A DNA stretch of 53,873 bases from an uncultured Candidatus Bathyarchaeia archaeon (GTDB lineage Archaea > Thermoproteota > Bathyarchaeia > 40CM-2-53-6). Below are positions 18,749 to 28,720 of this stretch, in pieces. Numbering within the stretch: position 1 is the first letter of the stretch; every line of letters begins with the position of its first letter. The stretch spans positions 1 to 53,873 of the forward strand of contig CAYMZN010000005.1 of the NCBI GenBank assembly GCA_964394935.1, written 5' to 3'. Under the pieces are notes generated by a model, which was not told the DNA's origin, did not search any database, and saw nothing but the letters and a program-made list of their open reading frames with translations. The position numbers were made by a program, and so were the translations under genes.

Positions 18749-18959
18749 GGGCTCAACCTCCGCAGACGGGTACCAAGGAGAGGGCATAGTCTAGGTTCGA
18801 TGATTTGAATGACACGCCTCAACGGGAACAAGTCAGATCATGGTCTGCGATTTCGGCATAGCACCGTGTTCGTATAGCGCTGATGCGACACGCTGTCCAT
18901 GTTTTCCAGCTTGCGTGACACACATGACTGAGTGAAAGGCGAGCATACGCATATCGAAT

Positions 18960-19340
18960 TCAATCCGGTCTCAGGATAGCAACCTGCTCGCTGTGATCAG
19001 CTGATCTTACGGAGATGAGTGGAACGCCTTTCTTGCCTTTCACGTAGGTCCACAGGCCGAACAGCAGAACAATGCAACCTATGATGAGTCCTGGGACGTT
19101 CCAGCTCACTCTTTGTACGAGTCCGGGGCACCTCACCATGTCGTGAATCTCAGGTGGTAGGGTCGGGCATTCATAGAAGTAGACGTTCTGAACGAGGCTC
19201 CAAACAGTGCCAGCTAGGCTAGCAATAGCGATCACGATTATGAGCAGACCTAGCCACTCGTGGACCAACACCGTTCTGGCCAAATTCTCAACCCTGTGCG
19301 GCTTCGAGGGCGCTCTTCCATAAACATTCCCAAAGACCAA
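18960..19340 (-). CDS. Hypothetical two-TM membrane protein
   Basis: Two hydrophobic segments flank a loop with two Cys. The start is uncertain. Confidence 0.45.
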   Translation of the reverse strand: MVFGNVYGRAPSKPHRVENLARTVLVHEWLGLLIIVIAIASLAGTVWSLVQNVYFYECPTLPPEIHDMVRCPGLVQRVSWNVPGLIIGCIVLLFGLWTYVKGKKGVPLISVRSADHSEQVAILRPD

Positions 19341-19455
19341 GCAAAGCGGAGTCCGAGACGATCTCAGCCATAGGTCAAGGTGTTTGTCTTTGATCTTGAA
19401 AACGGGGACATGTTACTGGCGGATGGTTCGGTTCAAATAGTCGTCGGAGATCAAG

Positions 19456-20310
19456 TTGCCCGATGTGTCAGTGAGCAAGGTTGCAATTGTGAAGGGGCAA
19501 GATGCCTCTGATATGACCGTCAAAGCGCTGGAGATGGTAGATGCAGCTGAAGCCGTCTCCACGGAAAAGCCGGTCCTGATCAAGCCCAACTACGTAACCA
19601 CGGATCATCCATCAACAGGAATCACAACGGACAGCAGGGTCATCGAAGGAGTAGTCGCGTTTCTGAGGCAACATGACGTGAAGGAGATCATCATTGGTGA
19701 AGGAACTGGATTCGGAGATACCTTCGACGCCTTCAAGATTGCGGGCGTCAACGAGGTTGCAGAAAGATGGAAGGTGAGAATGCTTGACCTCAATAAGGAC
19801 GAATTCGTTGAGATCAATCCTCCACGTCCATTGGCGTTGAGGAAAGTGAAGATAGCCAAGACGGCCTTGGGGAGCACGATTGTGAGCCTTCCGAAACTCA
19901 AACCGCACAGGTGGGCCGGGGTAACCTTGAGTCTGAAGAACATGATGGGAGCGGTGACGCCCAAAGGGTCAATGCACGTCCGTCTAAGCGAGAAGATTGT
20001 TGATTTGGCGTCGATCATAGGACCGAGTGTAGCAGTCATAGACGGCATAATTGCAGGCGAGGGACACGAGACAAGCGGCAATCCCGTAGAGATGAACCTA
20101 GTTATCGCAGGAACGGATCCCGTCGCGGTAGACGCCATCGGTGCTGCTGTGATGGGCATATGTCCAGAAAGCGTGAAGCACCTGCGCTTGGCAGACGAGA
20201 CTGGACTTGGAACGTGCCGCTTGGAACGGATACAGATACTTGGCGAGCCTGTAGAGAAAGTCAAGAAGAAGTTCAGAACATCATTCGTCACGAAGGTCCT
20301 GCGGATCTAG
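19456..20310 (+). CDS. DUF362 domain protein
   Basis: VLIKPNY, GITTDSRV, IGEG, SLPKLKPH..AGVTLSLKNMMG, IDGIIAGEG, DPVAVD. Confidence 0.88.
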   Translation: MPDVSVSKVAIVKGQDASDMTVKALEMVDAAEAVSTEKPVLIKPNYVTTDHPSTGITTDSRVIEGVVAFLRQHDVKEIIIGEGTGFGDTFDAFKIAGVNEVAERWKVRMLDLNKDEFVEINPPRPLALRKVKIAKTALGSTIVSLPKLKPHRWAGVTLSLKNMMGAVTPKGSMHVRLSEKIVDLASIIGPSVAVIDGIIAGEGHETSGNPVEMNLVIAGTDPVAVDAIGAAVMGICPESVKHLRLADETGLGTCRLERIQILGEPVEKVKKKFRTSFVTKVLRI

Positions 20311-20413
20311 ACTAGGATCAACGTGCGAGCGAACAGATCGAAGAGGCGCAGTCCTGTGTGTCGGCGGGCTGGCGCGCGCACACTGAATACGAAAAATGAG
20401 CACTAAGGAAATC

Positions 20414-20641
20414 TCACCAGTACGGGCTGGCCAGTGTTACGGCATCATAGCCAGCCTTCCTAATTAGGGCTAGGATCGCTGCTATGTCGATCACTTTTTC
20501 ATCATAGTCTACTAAGATCAGATCTGCTACGTAGTTCGCCCCGACCGATTTCACACCATCAGCCTTCTCCAGCACCCTGCGGATGGGAAGGATGCATGTG
20601 GAGCATCGCGCTCCGATGATTCTTAGTCTGGCTCTTTGCAT
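20414..20641 (-). CDS. Heavy-metal-associated (HMA, CopZ-like) protein
   Basis: GARCSTC (GMxCxxC-like), GVKSV, IRKAGY; 75 aa. Confidence 0.85.
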   Translation of the reverse strand: MQRARLRIIGARCSTCILPIRRVLEKADGVKSVGANYVADLILVDYDEKVIDIAAILALIRKAGYDAVTLASPYW

Positions 20642-20665
20642 TGCCCAAGACCTAGCCTGAATGCT

Positions 20666-21310
20666 TCAGCCTGCGGTTACATATTTCAACCAAAGAACGA
20701 TGAGGAGGTGGGTGATTCCACAGAGGAAGAGTAGACAGGTTAGCAGAATGTGAGTCTTGAACCAAGGTCTCAAGAGCCAACTTCGGACGGGGCTTGCTCG
20801 TAGTTGTTCGCCCACGAGGCCGCTTATCAGCATGATCAAGACCAGCCAGGCAGCGAAGCCTTGCACACCGGCGAGCCCAATAAGGCCCCAGGTTGGTCTA
20901 AGGTAGGCGAACGGGTTAGCGTATCTGAAGCTTAGCGGAAAACCCGAGTGAATCAACAGTAGAATGGTGCCCGCTATGTCTAGGTAACAGTGCGCGCGTA
21001 ACCAGCTCCTTCTGCTGCCAAAGCGACTCTGGGATACATGCCTCGTGGCCTTTCTCAAAGTGTAGAATTGGCCTATAACCAGCAGAGCGGTTCCGAAGTA
21101 GGCTAGTTTGAAACCGACCGGCGAACCGCCCTTCAGGATCATAGCGGAGAAGTCCCCAACCGTGTAGGAAGGTATCTCCTGGAACAGCTGCGAAAATCCT
21201 AGCACCAAGAAGAACACAACAACGAAGGCTCCCGCTGCCCACACCGATAGCCCGATCAGCCGCGGATTGGGCCTCATCCTACGAGGCCCAGGCCCAGGGC
21301 TGGTCGTCAA
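20666..21310 (-). CDS. Membrane protein with four conserved His (putative di-haem b, ferric-reductase-like)
   Basis: YTLRK...GSRRSWLRAH. Two TM helices each carry His pairs 14 residues apart (HCYLDIAGTILLLIH; HILLTCLLFLCGITH). Confidence 0.65.
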   Translation of the reverse strand: MTTSPGPGPRRMRPNPRLIGLSVWAAGAFVVVFFLVLGFSQLFQEIPSYTVGDFSAMILKGGSPVGFKLAYFGTALLVIGQFYTLRKATRHVSQSRFGSRRSWLRAHCYLDIAGTILLLIHSGFPLSFRYANPFAYLRPTWGLIGLAGVQGFAAWLVLIMLISGLVGEQLRASPVRSWLLRPWFKTHILLTCLLFLCGITHLLIVLWLKYVTAG

Positions 21311-22083
21311 GGTGTTCTAGGAACCCCGACGGGGATCACGTATACAGGCTTCTCTTGGTCTGACAGTCCCAAGATCCTCTGGACCTCGCTGTCGTAGAAT
21401 GCACCTACGACTACGTTTCCCAGCCTGAGGGCGACAGCTTGCAAGTATATGTTTTGGGCGGCGTGGCCTGTCTCCTGCCATACGTATCTGACTCCTCTCT
21501 CACCGTACTTGCCCGTGGTCCGCTCAAAGATGGCTGTGATCACTAAGTTCACAGGCGCGGAACCGACCCACTCCTGATCCAAGGCGGCCGCCATTAGCTC
21601 CCGACTGAAATCGCCTGCGATCCTCTTGACCAACGTGTGGTCTCTTGGCTCGTAGCGGTAGACTCCCGCGTCTAGCCCCTCCACTCGAGAAGGCTTTGTG
21701 ACAACGTACACCTCAAGCGGGTAGGTTCCTCCAGCCGAAGGTGCCGTTCGAAAGCCATACTGTGGAAGAGTGATCCCCTGCGCCGCCCAAAGCAGCTGCA
21801 TGACCTCATCGATAGTCAACGGCTTGTCCGCATATTCCCTAATCGATCTACGTCTTGCAAGCGCTTCCTCAACCGAGACTGGTCCTGAAGCTCTCGTATG
21901 TGTGCCGGCTTGGACTATCTGCGATGTTTCCGTTCCGACTGGTTTGGGCTGCTCGAACTTGAAGCTGAGCAGGGCCACGCCAACTGCAGTCGCCAAAGCG
22001 CCCGCAAGGAGACCTAGGAAAGACCTGCGCCTCAGCTTTGCCGAAGACACAGAAGATGCCCTAGTTATGGTGTCGATTCGCAC
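21307..22083 (-). CDS. SagB/ThcOx-type nitroreductase-fold flavoprotein with a twin-arginine signal
   Basis: N-terminal LRRRSFLGLLAGALATAVGVALL; SVEEALARRRSIREY, LLWAAQG, RTAPSAGGTYPLE, KYGERG.RY...GHAAQN. Confidence 0.88.
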   Translation of the reverse strand: MRIDTITRASSVSSAKLRRRSFLGLLAGALATAVGVALLSFKFEQPKPVGTETSQIVQAGTHTRASGPVSVEEALARRRSIREYADKPLTIDEVMQLLWAAQGITLPQYGFRTAPSAGGTYPLEVYVVTKPSRVEGLDAGVYRYEPRDHTLVKRIAGDFSRELMAAALDQEWVGSAPVNLVITAIFERTTGKYGERGVRYVWQETGHAAQNIYLQAVALRLGNVVVGAFYDSEVQRILGLSDQEKPVYVIPVGVPRTP

Positions 22084-22279
22084 TACATATCTTACTCGTC
22101 AAAGCTCCGGACACACTAAGATTCAGGATGGTGCCCACGTGTGCTAAAGCGACGCTACAGAAGGCTTCAAGTCCATGGCGTTGGCGTGAAGCGAGGGGCC
22201 GAGAAGAAGCAACAATCTCTATCATGCTCCTTCTAATCAAGACGGAGGGACACGGCATGCAAACTGGGGGACAAGATCT

Positions 22280-23029
22280 TTGGTAGATCTCATGAAATTT
22301 GTTGAGACGATTTCTCCAACGACGTGCGTGTACCTAGAGGACTCCTACTCACAATCGATGAGCGGGTATGTTCTACGAGCTGTTGAGGAAAAGAAGACTG
22401 CGTACGTAGCCCTCGACAGGACGATCTTCCATCCAAGATCTGGTGGCCAGCCGTCTGATCGAGGAACAATAGAAGGGCCGGCGTTCCGTGTCGACGTGAA
22501 AAGGGCGATGCTACAGAGCGGAGTCGTCGTCCACTACGGCAAGGTCGACGGAGAGCCCAGTGCCGGTCCTGTCACATGTAAGATCGACTGGCCGAACCGG
22601 TTCCTGATGATGAGAAGGCACACGGCAGCTCACCTACTGGACTATTGCCTTGCAACTCTTCGCGGATCTCGAGTTGAGACAACCGACTCATGGCTTGGAG
22701 ATGACCCCTACGTTGGGTATGGAGGACTAGCTCCTTCCAGCTCCGATCTAGAACGGCTTCAGGAACTCGCGAACGGCTTCATCGAGCGAAGGCTGAACGT
22801 TGAGGTTAGAATGCTGGACAGAGCCGCGGCTCAGCATCTGATCGCAGATGCACCGAACGTCTCGAGGCTTCCGAAGAGCGAGAGACTGAGGATCGTGACT
22901 ATTGAAGGACAGCTTCCGATCCCCTGCGGGGGAACACATGTGCGCGACCTAGGCGAGGTAGGAGCCGTAGAAGTTCGGAGAACCGAGCCCGCCGAAACAG
23001 GTTTCAGACTACATTTCGAAGTGAAGTAG
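22280..23029 (+). CDS. alaX: Alanyl-tRNA editing protein AlaX (AlaX-M)
   Basis: LDRTIFHPRSGGQPSDRG; Zn ligands HTAAH and CGGTH. Confidence 0.9.
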   Translation: MVDLMKFVETISPTTCVYLEDSYSQSMSGYVLRAVEEKKTAYVALDRTIFHPRSGGQPSDRGTIEGPAFRVDVKRAMLQSGVVVHYGKVDGEPSAGPVTCKIDWPNRFLMMRRHTAAHLLDYCLATLRGSRVETTDSWLGDDPYVGYGGLAPSSSDLERLQELANGFIERRLNVEVRMLDRAAAQHLIADAPNVSRLPKSERLRIVTIEGQLPIPCGGTHVRDLGEVGAVEVRRTEPAETGFRLHFEVK

Positions 23030-23081
23030 CCACCGAAACAAGGCTTACTCTTGATCGCGTGGCAACCGGCCGACTGCTACC

Positions 23082-23088
23082 CTTAAAT
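23082..23088 (+). promoter_or_regulatory. Probable TATA box for rps2-MEMO1(-mvk...)
   Basis: CTTAAAT about 65 nt upstream of rps2. Confidence 0.45.
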
Positions 23089-23149
23089 GACCTGCTGGCT
23101 TGTACGGTGAACCCGAATCGGGAAGGACAACATCGCAGAGGAATAGGGC

Positions 23150-23815
23150 GTGTCTGAGGCTGAAGAGAAAGAGGCGATGCCGAAAGTTGAGAACCTACTC
23201 TTGCCTCTCGAGGAGATGCTTGCCGCCGGCTTGCACATTGGAACGCGCATCAAGACTGGCGACATGGAGCAGTACATCTATCGTGTCAGGCCTGACGGGC
23301 TCTTCATCCTAAATATCGGCAAGACAGACGAGAAGATCAGGCTGGCCGCGAAGTTCATTGCACAATTCGAGCCCGACCGTGTCCTCGCGGTCTCTTCGAG
23401 GATCTACGGTAAGACTCCGATCGAGAAGTTCTCGGAATTGACGAGGACTACTTTGATGGTTGGCAGGTTCATGCCGGGGCTGATCTCGAACCCGCTTCAG
23501 CGAAAACACGCCGAACCTCAGCTGGTCATAGTGACTGATTCCCGGGCCGACTTTCAGGCGATCAAGGAGTCAACAAGTGCAGGCGTGCCGGTGATTGCTC
23601 TTTGTGATACCGACAATGCATTCACTGGCGTCGATCTTGCGATCCCCGTCAACAACAAAGGGAGACGGGCTTTGGCGATGGTTTACTGGCTGCTAGCGAG
23701 GCAAGTGCTCCGGGAGCGAGGAGAACTTCCTGCCGATGGGACGATCACAGCAACGGTGGATGATTTCGAGACCAAGCTGGCTGCGATCGCGCCTAGAGTT
23801 GGCGGCGAGCTTTGA
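23150..23815 (+). CDS. rps2: 30S ribosomal protein S2
   Basis: LAAGLHIGT, YRVRPDGL, GRFMPG, DTDN, IPVNNKGRRAL..VYWLLAR. Confidence 0.97.
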   Translation: MSEAEEKEAMPKVENLLLPLEEMLAAGLHIGTRIKTGDMEQYIYRVRPDGLFILNIGKTDEKIRLAAKFIAQFEPDRVLAVSSRIYGKTPIEKFSELTRTTLMVGRFMPGLISNPLQRKHAEPQLVIVTDSRADFQAIKESTSAGVPVIALCDTDNAFTGVDLAIPVNNKGRRALAMVYWLLARQVLRERGELPADGTITATVDDFETKLAAIAPRVGGEL

Positions 23816-24660
23816 AACTGAGAAGGGCTCAGGTCGCAGGCTCCTTTTACTCAGGCACAAAGACAGCCCTCACCCGCGAGATCCAGGAATGTTTCACTCA
23901 CCGGCTAGGCCCAGGGCGGCTCCCTACACTCGCCCAAGTCGGCGAGAGGAAACTCGTCGCGTTGGTGTGCCCGCACGCGGGCTACGTCTACTCGGGCCCT
24001 GTTGCGGCAAGATCCTACTTTGAGCTCGCGAGCGACGGGAAGCCCGCCACGATCGTGATCATCGGGCCAAATCACACGGGGCAGGGAAGCGGAGTCTCAA
24101 TGATGCTTGAGGGGGTCTGGGAGACACCGCTCGGAAAAGTTGAGATCGACCGGGATCTAGCTACGGCGATCTCGAGAGAGTCTAGCATCATCGACCTTGA
24201 TGATAGCGCCCACCTCTACGAACATTCGATAGAAGTTCAGCTTCCGTTCCTGCAGTATGTGCTTCAGACGAGGTTCGAATTTGTTCCGATCTGCATGATG
24301 ATGCAGGATCAGGAGACTAGCGCCGAAGTCGGCAAAGCTCTGGGACAAGCTCTGCGGGGAAGAGATGCGCTCGTGATTGCTTCGTCTGACATGACTCACT
24401 ATGAATCGGCGGATGCAGCAAGGCGAAAAGACCGTCTTGTCATCGATGCGATACTTGCCCTTGATGACGCCAAGCTTCAGGAGACGGTTGAAGCTCACAG
24501 GATCACGATGTGCGGTCACGGTCCGGTTGCGAGTGCAATTGCGGCCTCGAAGATTCTCGGCGCTAAGGCGGCTAGCCTTCTCGGCTATAGCACGAGCGGC
24601 GACATCACGAGAGACCACAGTTCCGTCGTAGGTTATCTCGCTGTCTCAATCCACAAGTAG
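23812..24660 (+). CDS. AmmeMemoRadiSam system protein B (MEMO1 family)
   Basis: VAGSFY, PHAGYVYSG, GPNHTG, EHSIEVQLPFLQ, SSDMTHY, TMCG, TSGD, VVGY. Confidence 0.93.
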   Translation: MKLRRAQVAGSFYSGTKTALTREIQECFTHRLGPGRLPTLAQVGERKLVALVCPHAGYVYSGPVAARSYFELASDGKPATIVIIGPNHTGQGSGVSMMLEGVWETPLGKVEIDRDLATAISRESSIIDLDDSAHLYEHSIEVQLPFLQYVLQTRFEFVPICMMMQDQETSAEVGKALGQALRGRDALVIASSDMTHYESADAARRKDRLVIDAILALDDAKLQETVEAHRITMCGHGPVASAIAASKILGAKAASLLGYSTSGDITRDHSSVVGYLAVSIHK

Positions 24661-24771
24661 GAACCCCACTTCGGTACACGTGATCAACTTCCTCGACCTT
24701 CCGAACGGTCTGGCGGTTGGGCGTTTCTTTTTTCTAGCAGCTCAAACGTACTTAGCTAGCGGTGCTGCGTT

Positions 24772-25704
24772 TTGGGAATGGGCATTGGCTTCGGGAAAGT
24801 AATACTGTTCAACGAGCACTTCGTCGTCTACGGCCTTCCTGCCATAGCGTCTGCGATCGGTGCAAAGACAACGGCGCTAGTTGAAAGACGACCTGGATCG
24901 GGTGTAGAGCTTAAGGACGAGAGGCCTCAGACGGAAGGATACAAGGTCGAGAAACTCGCCCAGCAGAAGGAATCCCTCGACCGCATGCTCAAGTTCATGA
25001 ACATCGACACGGGGAACAACGCCTTCACTGTAACTTTGGCTGGCGACTTGATCGCCGCGAGCGGAGTGGGAGCAAGCGCTGCATCATGTACTGCAATCGC
25101 ACGGGCATTTTCTCAAGAACTCGGCTTGAACTATTCAGATGAGATAATAAACGAGGCAGCGTACGAGGGAGAGAAAGGATATCACGGGACCCCCTCTGGC
25201 ATCGATAATACCGCGGCAACGTTCGGCGGTCTGATTTGGTACAAGCGAGAGGGCGCATCGCAGGTGATGGAGCGCATGAAGTTGAAGAAGCCGGTAGAGA
25301 TCGTGATGGGGAACACTGGCCTGGTCGCAGACACAAAAGTCGTCGTCGGCGGAGTGAGGGAGCGCAAGGAAACGCAGCCTGAGAAGTACACTCGCATCTT
25401 CAGGGCCGCCGAGCGCTTGGTACAAGACGCAAGGAAGCAACTTGAGGCATTCAACCTTGAGAAAGTAGGCGACTACATGGATGAGAACCACACACTTCTC
25501 CAAGAGATAGAAGTCTCATGCACTGAGTTGGACTTGCTCGTAGATTTGGCACGCAACAACGGAGCCCTCGGAGCGAAGATGACCGGGACAGGCAGGGGAG
25601 GCTACATGGTCGCGCTGACTCCAGGCAAGGATCTTCAGGAACGCGTAGCAAGGGCGATCGAGAACAAGGGTTTTCAGGCACTACGCACGACCATAGGGGT
25701 CTAA
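24772..25704 (+). CDS. mvk: Mevalonate kinase
   Basis: GKVILFNEHFVVYG, GHMP loop ASGVGASAA, HGTPSGIDN, GAKMTGTGRGG. Confidence 0.93.
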   Translation: MGMGIGFGKVILFNEHFVVYGLPAIASAIGAKTTALVERRPGSGVELKDERPQTEGYKVEKLAQQKESLDRMLKFMNIDTGNNAFTVTLAGDLIAASGVGASAASCTAIARAFSQELGLNYSDEIINEAAYEGEKGYHGTPSGIDNTAATFGGLIWYKREGASQVMERMKLKKPVEIVMGNTGLVADTKVVVGGVRERKETQPEKYTRIFRAAERLVQDARKQLEAFNLEKVGDYMDENHTLLQEIEVSCTELDLLVDLARNNGALGAKMTGTGRGGYMVALTPGKDLQERVARAIENKGFQALRTTIGV

Positions 25705-25740
25705 GGTTTAGGCAATTAACGCACCGGTCGTTCTTGGTGA

Positions 25741-27024
25741 ATGAGAATGGACCTAGCGAGGTTTGTCAAGACTCTTGATGAGAAGGGAATGCTGACACGG
25801 ATCAGTAAGCCCGTGGACCCGAAGTATGAAGTCTCCACTTTGATGAAGATGCTCGATGGCCACGTCCTCCTCTTCGATCATGTCAAAGGCGCCACGATGC
25901 CCATCATCGCTAACATATGTTCAACACGAGAACTGGTCGCGACAGGTCTGGGAATCCGGAGAGAGGATCTGATCGCAAAGCTCACCGATGGCATAGACCA
26001 CCCAAAGAAGCCGAGGATCGTGGAGGCTCAAGGGTTCGAGGAGATAGGCGCTGACCTGGGAAGACTGCCACTTCTAACATACTACCCGAAGGACGGCGGC
26101 CCGTACATCTCCTCAGGGATAGTTGTCGCCAACGACAAAGAGTACGGCATCAATCTGTCCTACCATAGAGCGCAAGTCCTGGGAAAGGACGACTTCGTTC
26201 TGCGAATCCTTCAGAGACATCTTGACACTTACATTGAACGCGGACTAAAGGAGTTCGCGTTCTGCATCTCAGCCCCTGTCCAGGTGTTGGTCAGCGCAGC
26301 AATATCTGTGGACATCGGCATCAGCGAAGTCGACATCGCTAACGCGCTAGAGGAGACGCAGCTTCTACGGATCGGCGGGCAGCTGGTACCGACTTCTGAC
26401 ATTGTGATCATAGCTGAGTTGACCGGCGAGATGCATGATGAGGGGCCTTTCCTCGATCTGACGGAGACCTTCGACATTGTTCGAAAGCAGCGAGTCGCCA
26501 AGGTGAAGAAGATCTTTGTGAAGAAGGGCACCATGTACCACGCGCTTCTCCCCGGCGGACTTGAGCATAAGACTCTGATGGGCATGCCTAGAGAGCCCAC
26601 CATCTACAGGGAGGTCGCAAAAGTCTGCGATGTCAAGGATGTTCTGATCACGCCTGGAGGATGCTCTTGGCTTCACGGAGCCGTGAGCGTACACAAGAAG
26701 CATCCGGATGACGGCCGAAAGGCGATCGAGGCCGCCTTCAAGGGTCACAAATCGATGAAACACGTCTTCGTCGTCGACGATGACATAAGCATCCACGACC
26801 CGAACGAGATCGAATGGGCACTGGCGACTCGTTTTCAGGCCGACAAGAACATGATCATGAAACGGGAGAAGGGGTCATCCCTCGACCCGTCCTCGGACAT
26901 GGACACACAGATGACATGCAAGGTCGGTTTCGACCTCACCATACCTGAAGGTGGAAAGAAGGAGTTCCGAAGGCCCGCACTACCCATGAAGCTGAACTTG
27001 GACGACTATATCACGCGAAAGTAG
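25741..27024 (+). CDS. UbiD-family decarboxylase, probable anhydromevalonate phosphate decarboxylase
   Basis: DGGPYI, SYHR, RH, EGPF.D.T, GGCSWLH, KHVFVVDDD, EWALATRFQ, GSSLDPS. It lies between mvk and the AcnX genes. Confidence 0.88.
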   Translation: MRMDLARFVKTLDEKGMLTRISKPVDPKYEVSTLMKMLDGHVLLFDHVKGATMPIIANICSTRELVATGLGIRREDLIAKLTDGIDHPKKPRIVEAQGFEEIGADLGRLPLLTYYPKDGGPYISSGIVVANDKEYGINLSYHRAQVLGKDDFVLRILQRHLDTYIERGLKEFAFCISAPVQVLVSAAISVDIGISEVDIANALEETQLLRIGGQLVPTSDIVIIAELTGEMHDEGPFLDLTETFDIVRKQRVAKVKKIFVKKGTMYHALLPGGLEHKTLMGMPREPTIYREVAKVCDVKDVLITPGGCSWLHGAVSVHKKHPDDGRKAIEAAFKGHKSMKHVFVVDDDISIHDPNEIEWALATRFQADKNMIMKREKGSSLDPSSDMDTQMTCKVGFDLTIPEGGKKEFRRPALPMKLNLDDYITRK

Positions 27025-27043
27025 ACTGGAGCTGAAGCGGTCA

Positions 27044-28231
27044 ATGTATCTGACGAATGCAGAGGAGCGAATCCTGTCCGGCGAGAAAGGAGAAGTCATG
27101 GAACGAATGTTCCGGTTGCTCGTCCGGCTCGGCGAGATATACGGCGCGGACAAGATGATTCCTGTCAACTCAGCGCAAGTGGCGGGGGTCTCGTACAAGT
27201 CGATAGGCGACCCCGGCGTAGAATTCCTCGAAGATTACGCTAACAAAGACGCCAAGGTGAAGATCGTCACCTTCCTCAACCCGGCAGGCATGGACATTGA
27301 AGACTGGCAGAAACTGAACGTTCCACCAGAGTTCGCGCAGAAGCAGCTCCGCATCATGAACGCGTTCAGGAAGATGGGCATCGTTGTCAGCGCGACCTGT
27401 ACGCCCTACTTGGCGGGGAACCTTCCGAGATTCAAGGAGCATGTCGCTTGGTCCGAATCCTCCGCAATCTCTTTCGCCAACTCCATCATCGGGGCAAGAA
27501 CGAACAGAGAGGGAGGTCCATCAGCCCTTGCCGCCGCACTTTGCGGTGTTACCCCCGATTATGGTCTCCACCTAGACGAGAACAGGAAGCCTCAGATGCT
27601 CGTCGAAGTCAACGCCAAGCTAGAAGACAGCGCCGACTTCGGAGCACTCGGCTACGTCGTCGGCAAACAGGTCAAGAATAGGATACCATTCTTCAAAGGC
27701 ATCAAGGACGCTGGTTCAGATCAGCTGAAAGCGCTCGGCGCCGCTATGGCCGCGTCCGGCGCGGTCGCCCTCTACCACGCCGAGGACCTGACTCCCGAAG
27801 CCCATCTAATGGAAACTAGAGGGCTCGAAAAAATGTCAGTCTCAGACATGGAACTGGATGAAACCTTCTCAAAACTTTCCACGGGGAAGGAAGCTGACAT
27901 CGTAATCCTCGGATGCCCTCACTCCTCGCTGAAGGAGATAATGACCGTCGCACGAAAGCTGGAAGGAAAAAGGTTGAAGAAGCCTCTGTGGGTCTGCACA
28001 TCCAGAATGGTAAAGGAAGCCGCGAACCGAATGGGTTTCACTCAGGTCATCGAGGCCGCTGGCGGCAAGGTCGTCGCTGACACATGCATGGTGGTCTCGC
28101 CCATCGAGGACATGGGATACAAAACGACCGCAGTCAACTCAGGCAAGGCGGCGAACTACCTACCCGGCTTCTGCAAACAGAGCGTAATCTTCGGCAGGCT
28201 TGACAGCATACTCGACAAGGTGACCGCCTAG
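27044..28231 (+). CDS. Aconitase X catalytic subunit, probable phosphomevalonate dehydratase large subunit
   Basis: MYLT..EE, AGVSYKSIG, TCTPY, WSESSA..FANS..GARTNREGGP, GCPH, DTCMVV, NSGKAA. Confidence 0.9.
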   Translation: MYLTNAEERILSGEKGEVMERMFRLLVRLGEIYGADKMIPVNSAQVAGVSYKSIGDPGVEFLEDYANKDAKVKIVTFLNPAGMDIEDWQKLNVPPEFAQKQLRIMNAFRKMGIVVSATCTPYLAGNLPRFKEHVAWSESSAISFANSIIGARTNREGGPSALAAALCGVTPDYGLHLDENRKPQMLVEVNAKLEDSADFGALGYVVGKQVKNRIPFFKGIKDAGSDQLKALGAAMAASGAVALYHAEDLTPEAHLMETRGLEKMSVSDMELDETFSKLSTGKEADIVILGCPHSSLKEIMTVARKLEGKRLKKPLWVCTSRMVKEAANRMGFTQVIEAAGGKVVADTCMVVSPIEDMGYKTTAVNSGKAANYLPGFCKQSVIFGRLDSILDKVTA

Positions 28232-28246
28232 ATAGCACCGAGGTAG

Positions 28247-28657
28247 TTGAGAATGGAAGTCTTCAAAGGAAGAACAATCAGCCCAGGCAGGATTGAAGGA
28301 GAGGGTCTCGTATCGAAGGAACCGATCGGGTTCTACGGAGGAGTCGATGCCAAGACGGGCCTTTTCATTGAGAAGGGACATGAACTCGAGGGCAAGTCCG
28401 TCAAGGGAAAGATCTTGGTGTTCCCATGTGGGAAAGGGTCGACCGTAGGTTCGTACGTCATCTACGGACTCGCCAAGAACAATCAGGCACCCCTCGCAAT
28501 CGTCAACAAGGAAACCGAAACAATAGTCGCCACAGGGGCGATACTGGCTGGGATCCCGTGTGTTGACGGGATCCCCGTCGAGAAGATCTCAACCGGCGAC
28601 CATGTCCTCGTCGATGCAACTGCCGGAACTGTAACTGTCACCAAGAAGAGCTTGTAG
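28247..28657 (+). CDS. Aconitase X swivel-domain subunit (DUF126), phosphomevalonate dehydratase small subunit
   Basis: FYGGVD..TG, GKILVFPCGKGSTVGSY, ETIVATGAILAGIP. Confidence 0.9.
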   Translation: MRMEVFKGRTISPGRIEGEGLVSKEPIGFYGGVDAKTGLFIEKGHELEGKSVKGKILVFPCGKGSTVGSYVIYGLAKNNQAPLAIVNKETETIVATGAILAGIPCVDGIPVEKISTGDHVLVDATAGTVTVTKKSL

Positions 28658-28720
28658 CTTCGACGAAAGCCAGCGATAACCCAGACCATGTACGTCAACG
28701 CCAGGCGGGATTGAGCCGAG

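Noticed and set aside
21307-22083. Azole-RiPP biosynthetic cluster around the SagB-type gene
   Set aside because: There is no YcaO/E1-like partner or Cys/Ser/Thr-rich precursor, and a Tat signal argues against cytoplasmic peptide maturation.
13033-24771. tRNA genes often found in this superoperon
   Set aside because: I could not find a cloverleaf or T-loop consensus in the intergenic gaps. A tRNAscan-SE run would be decisive.
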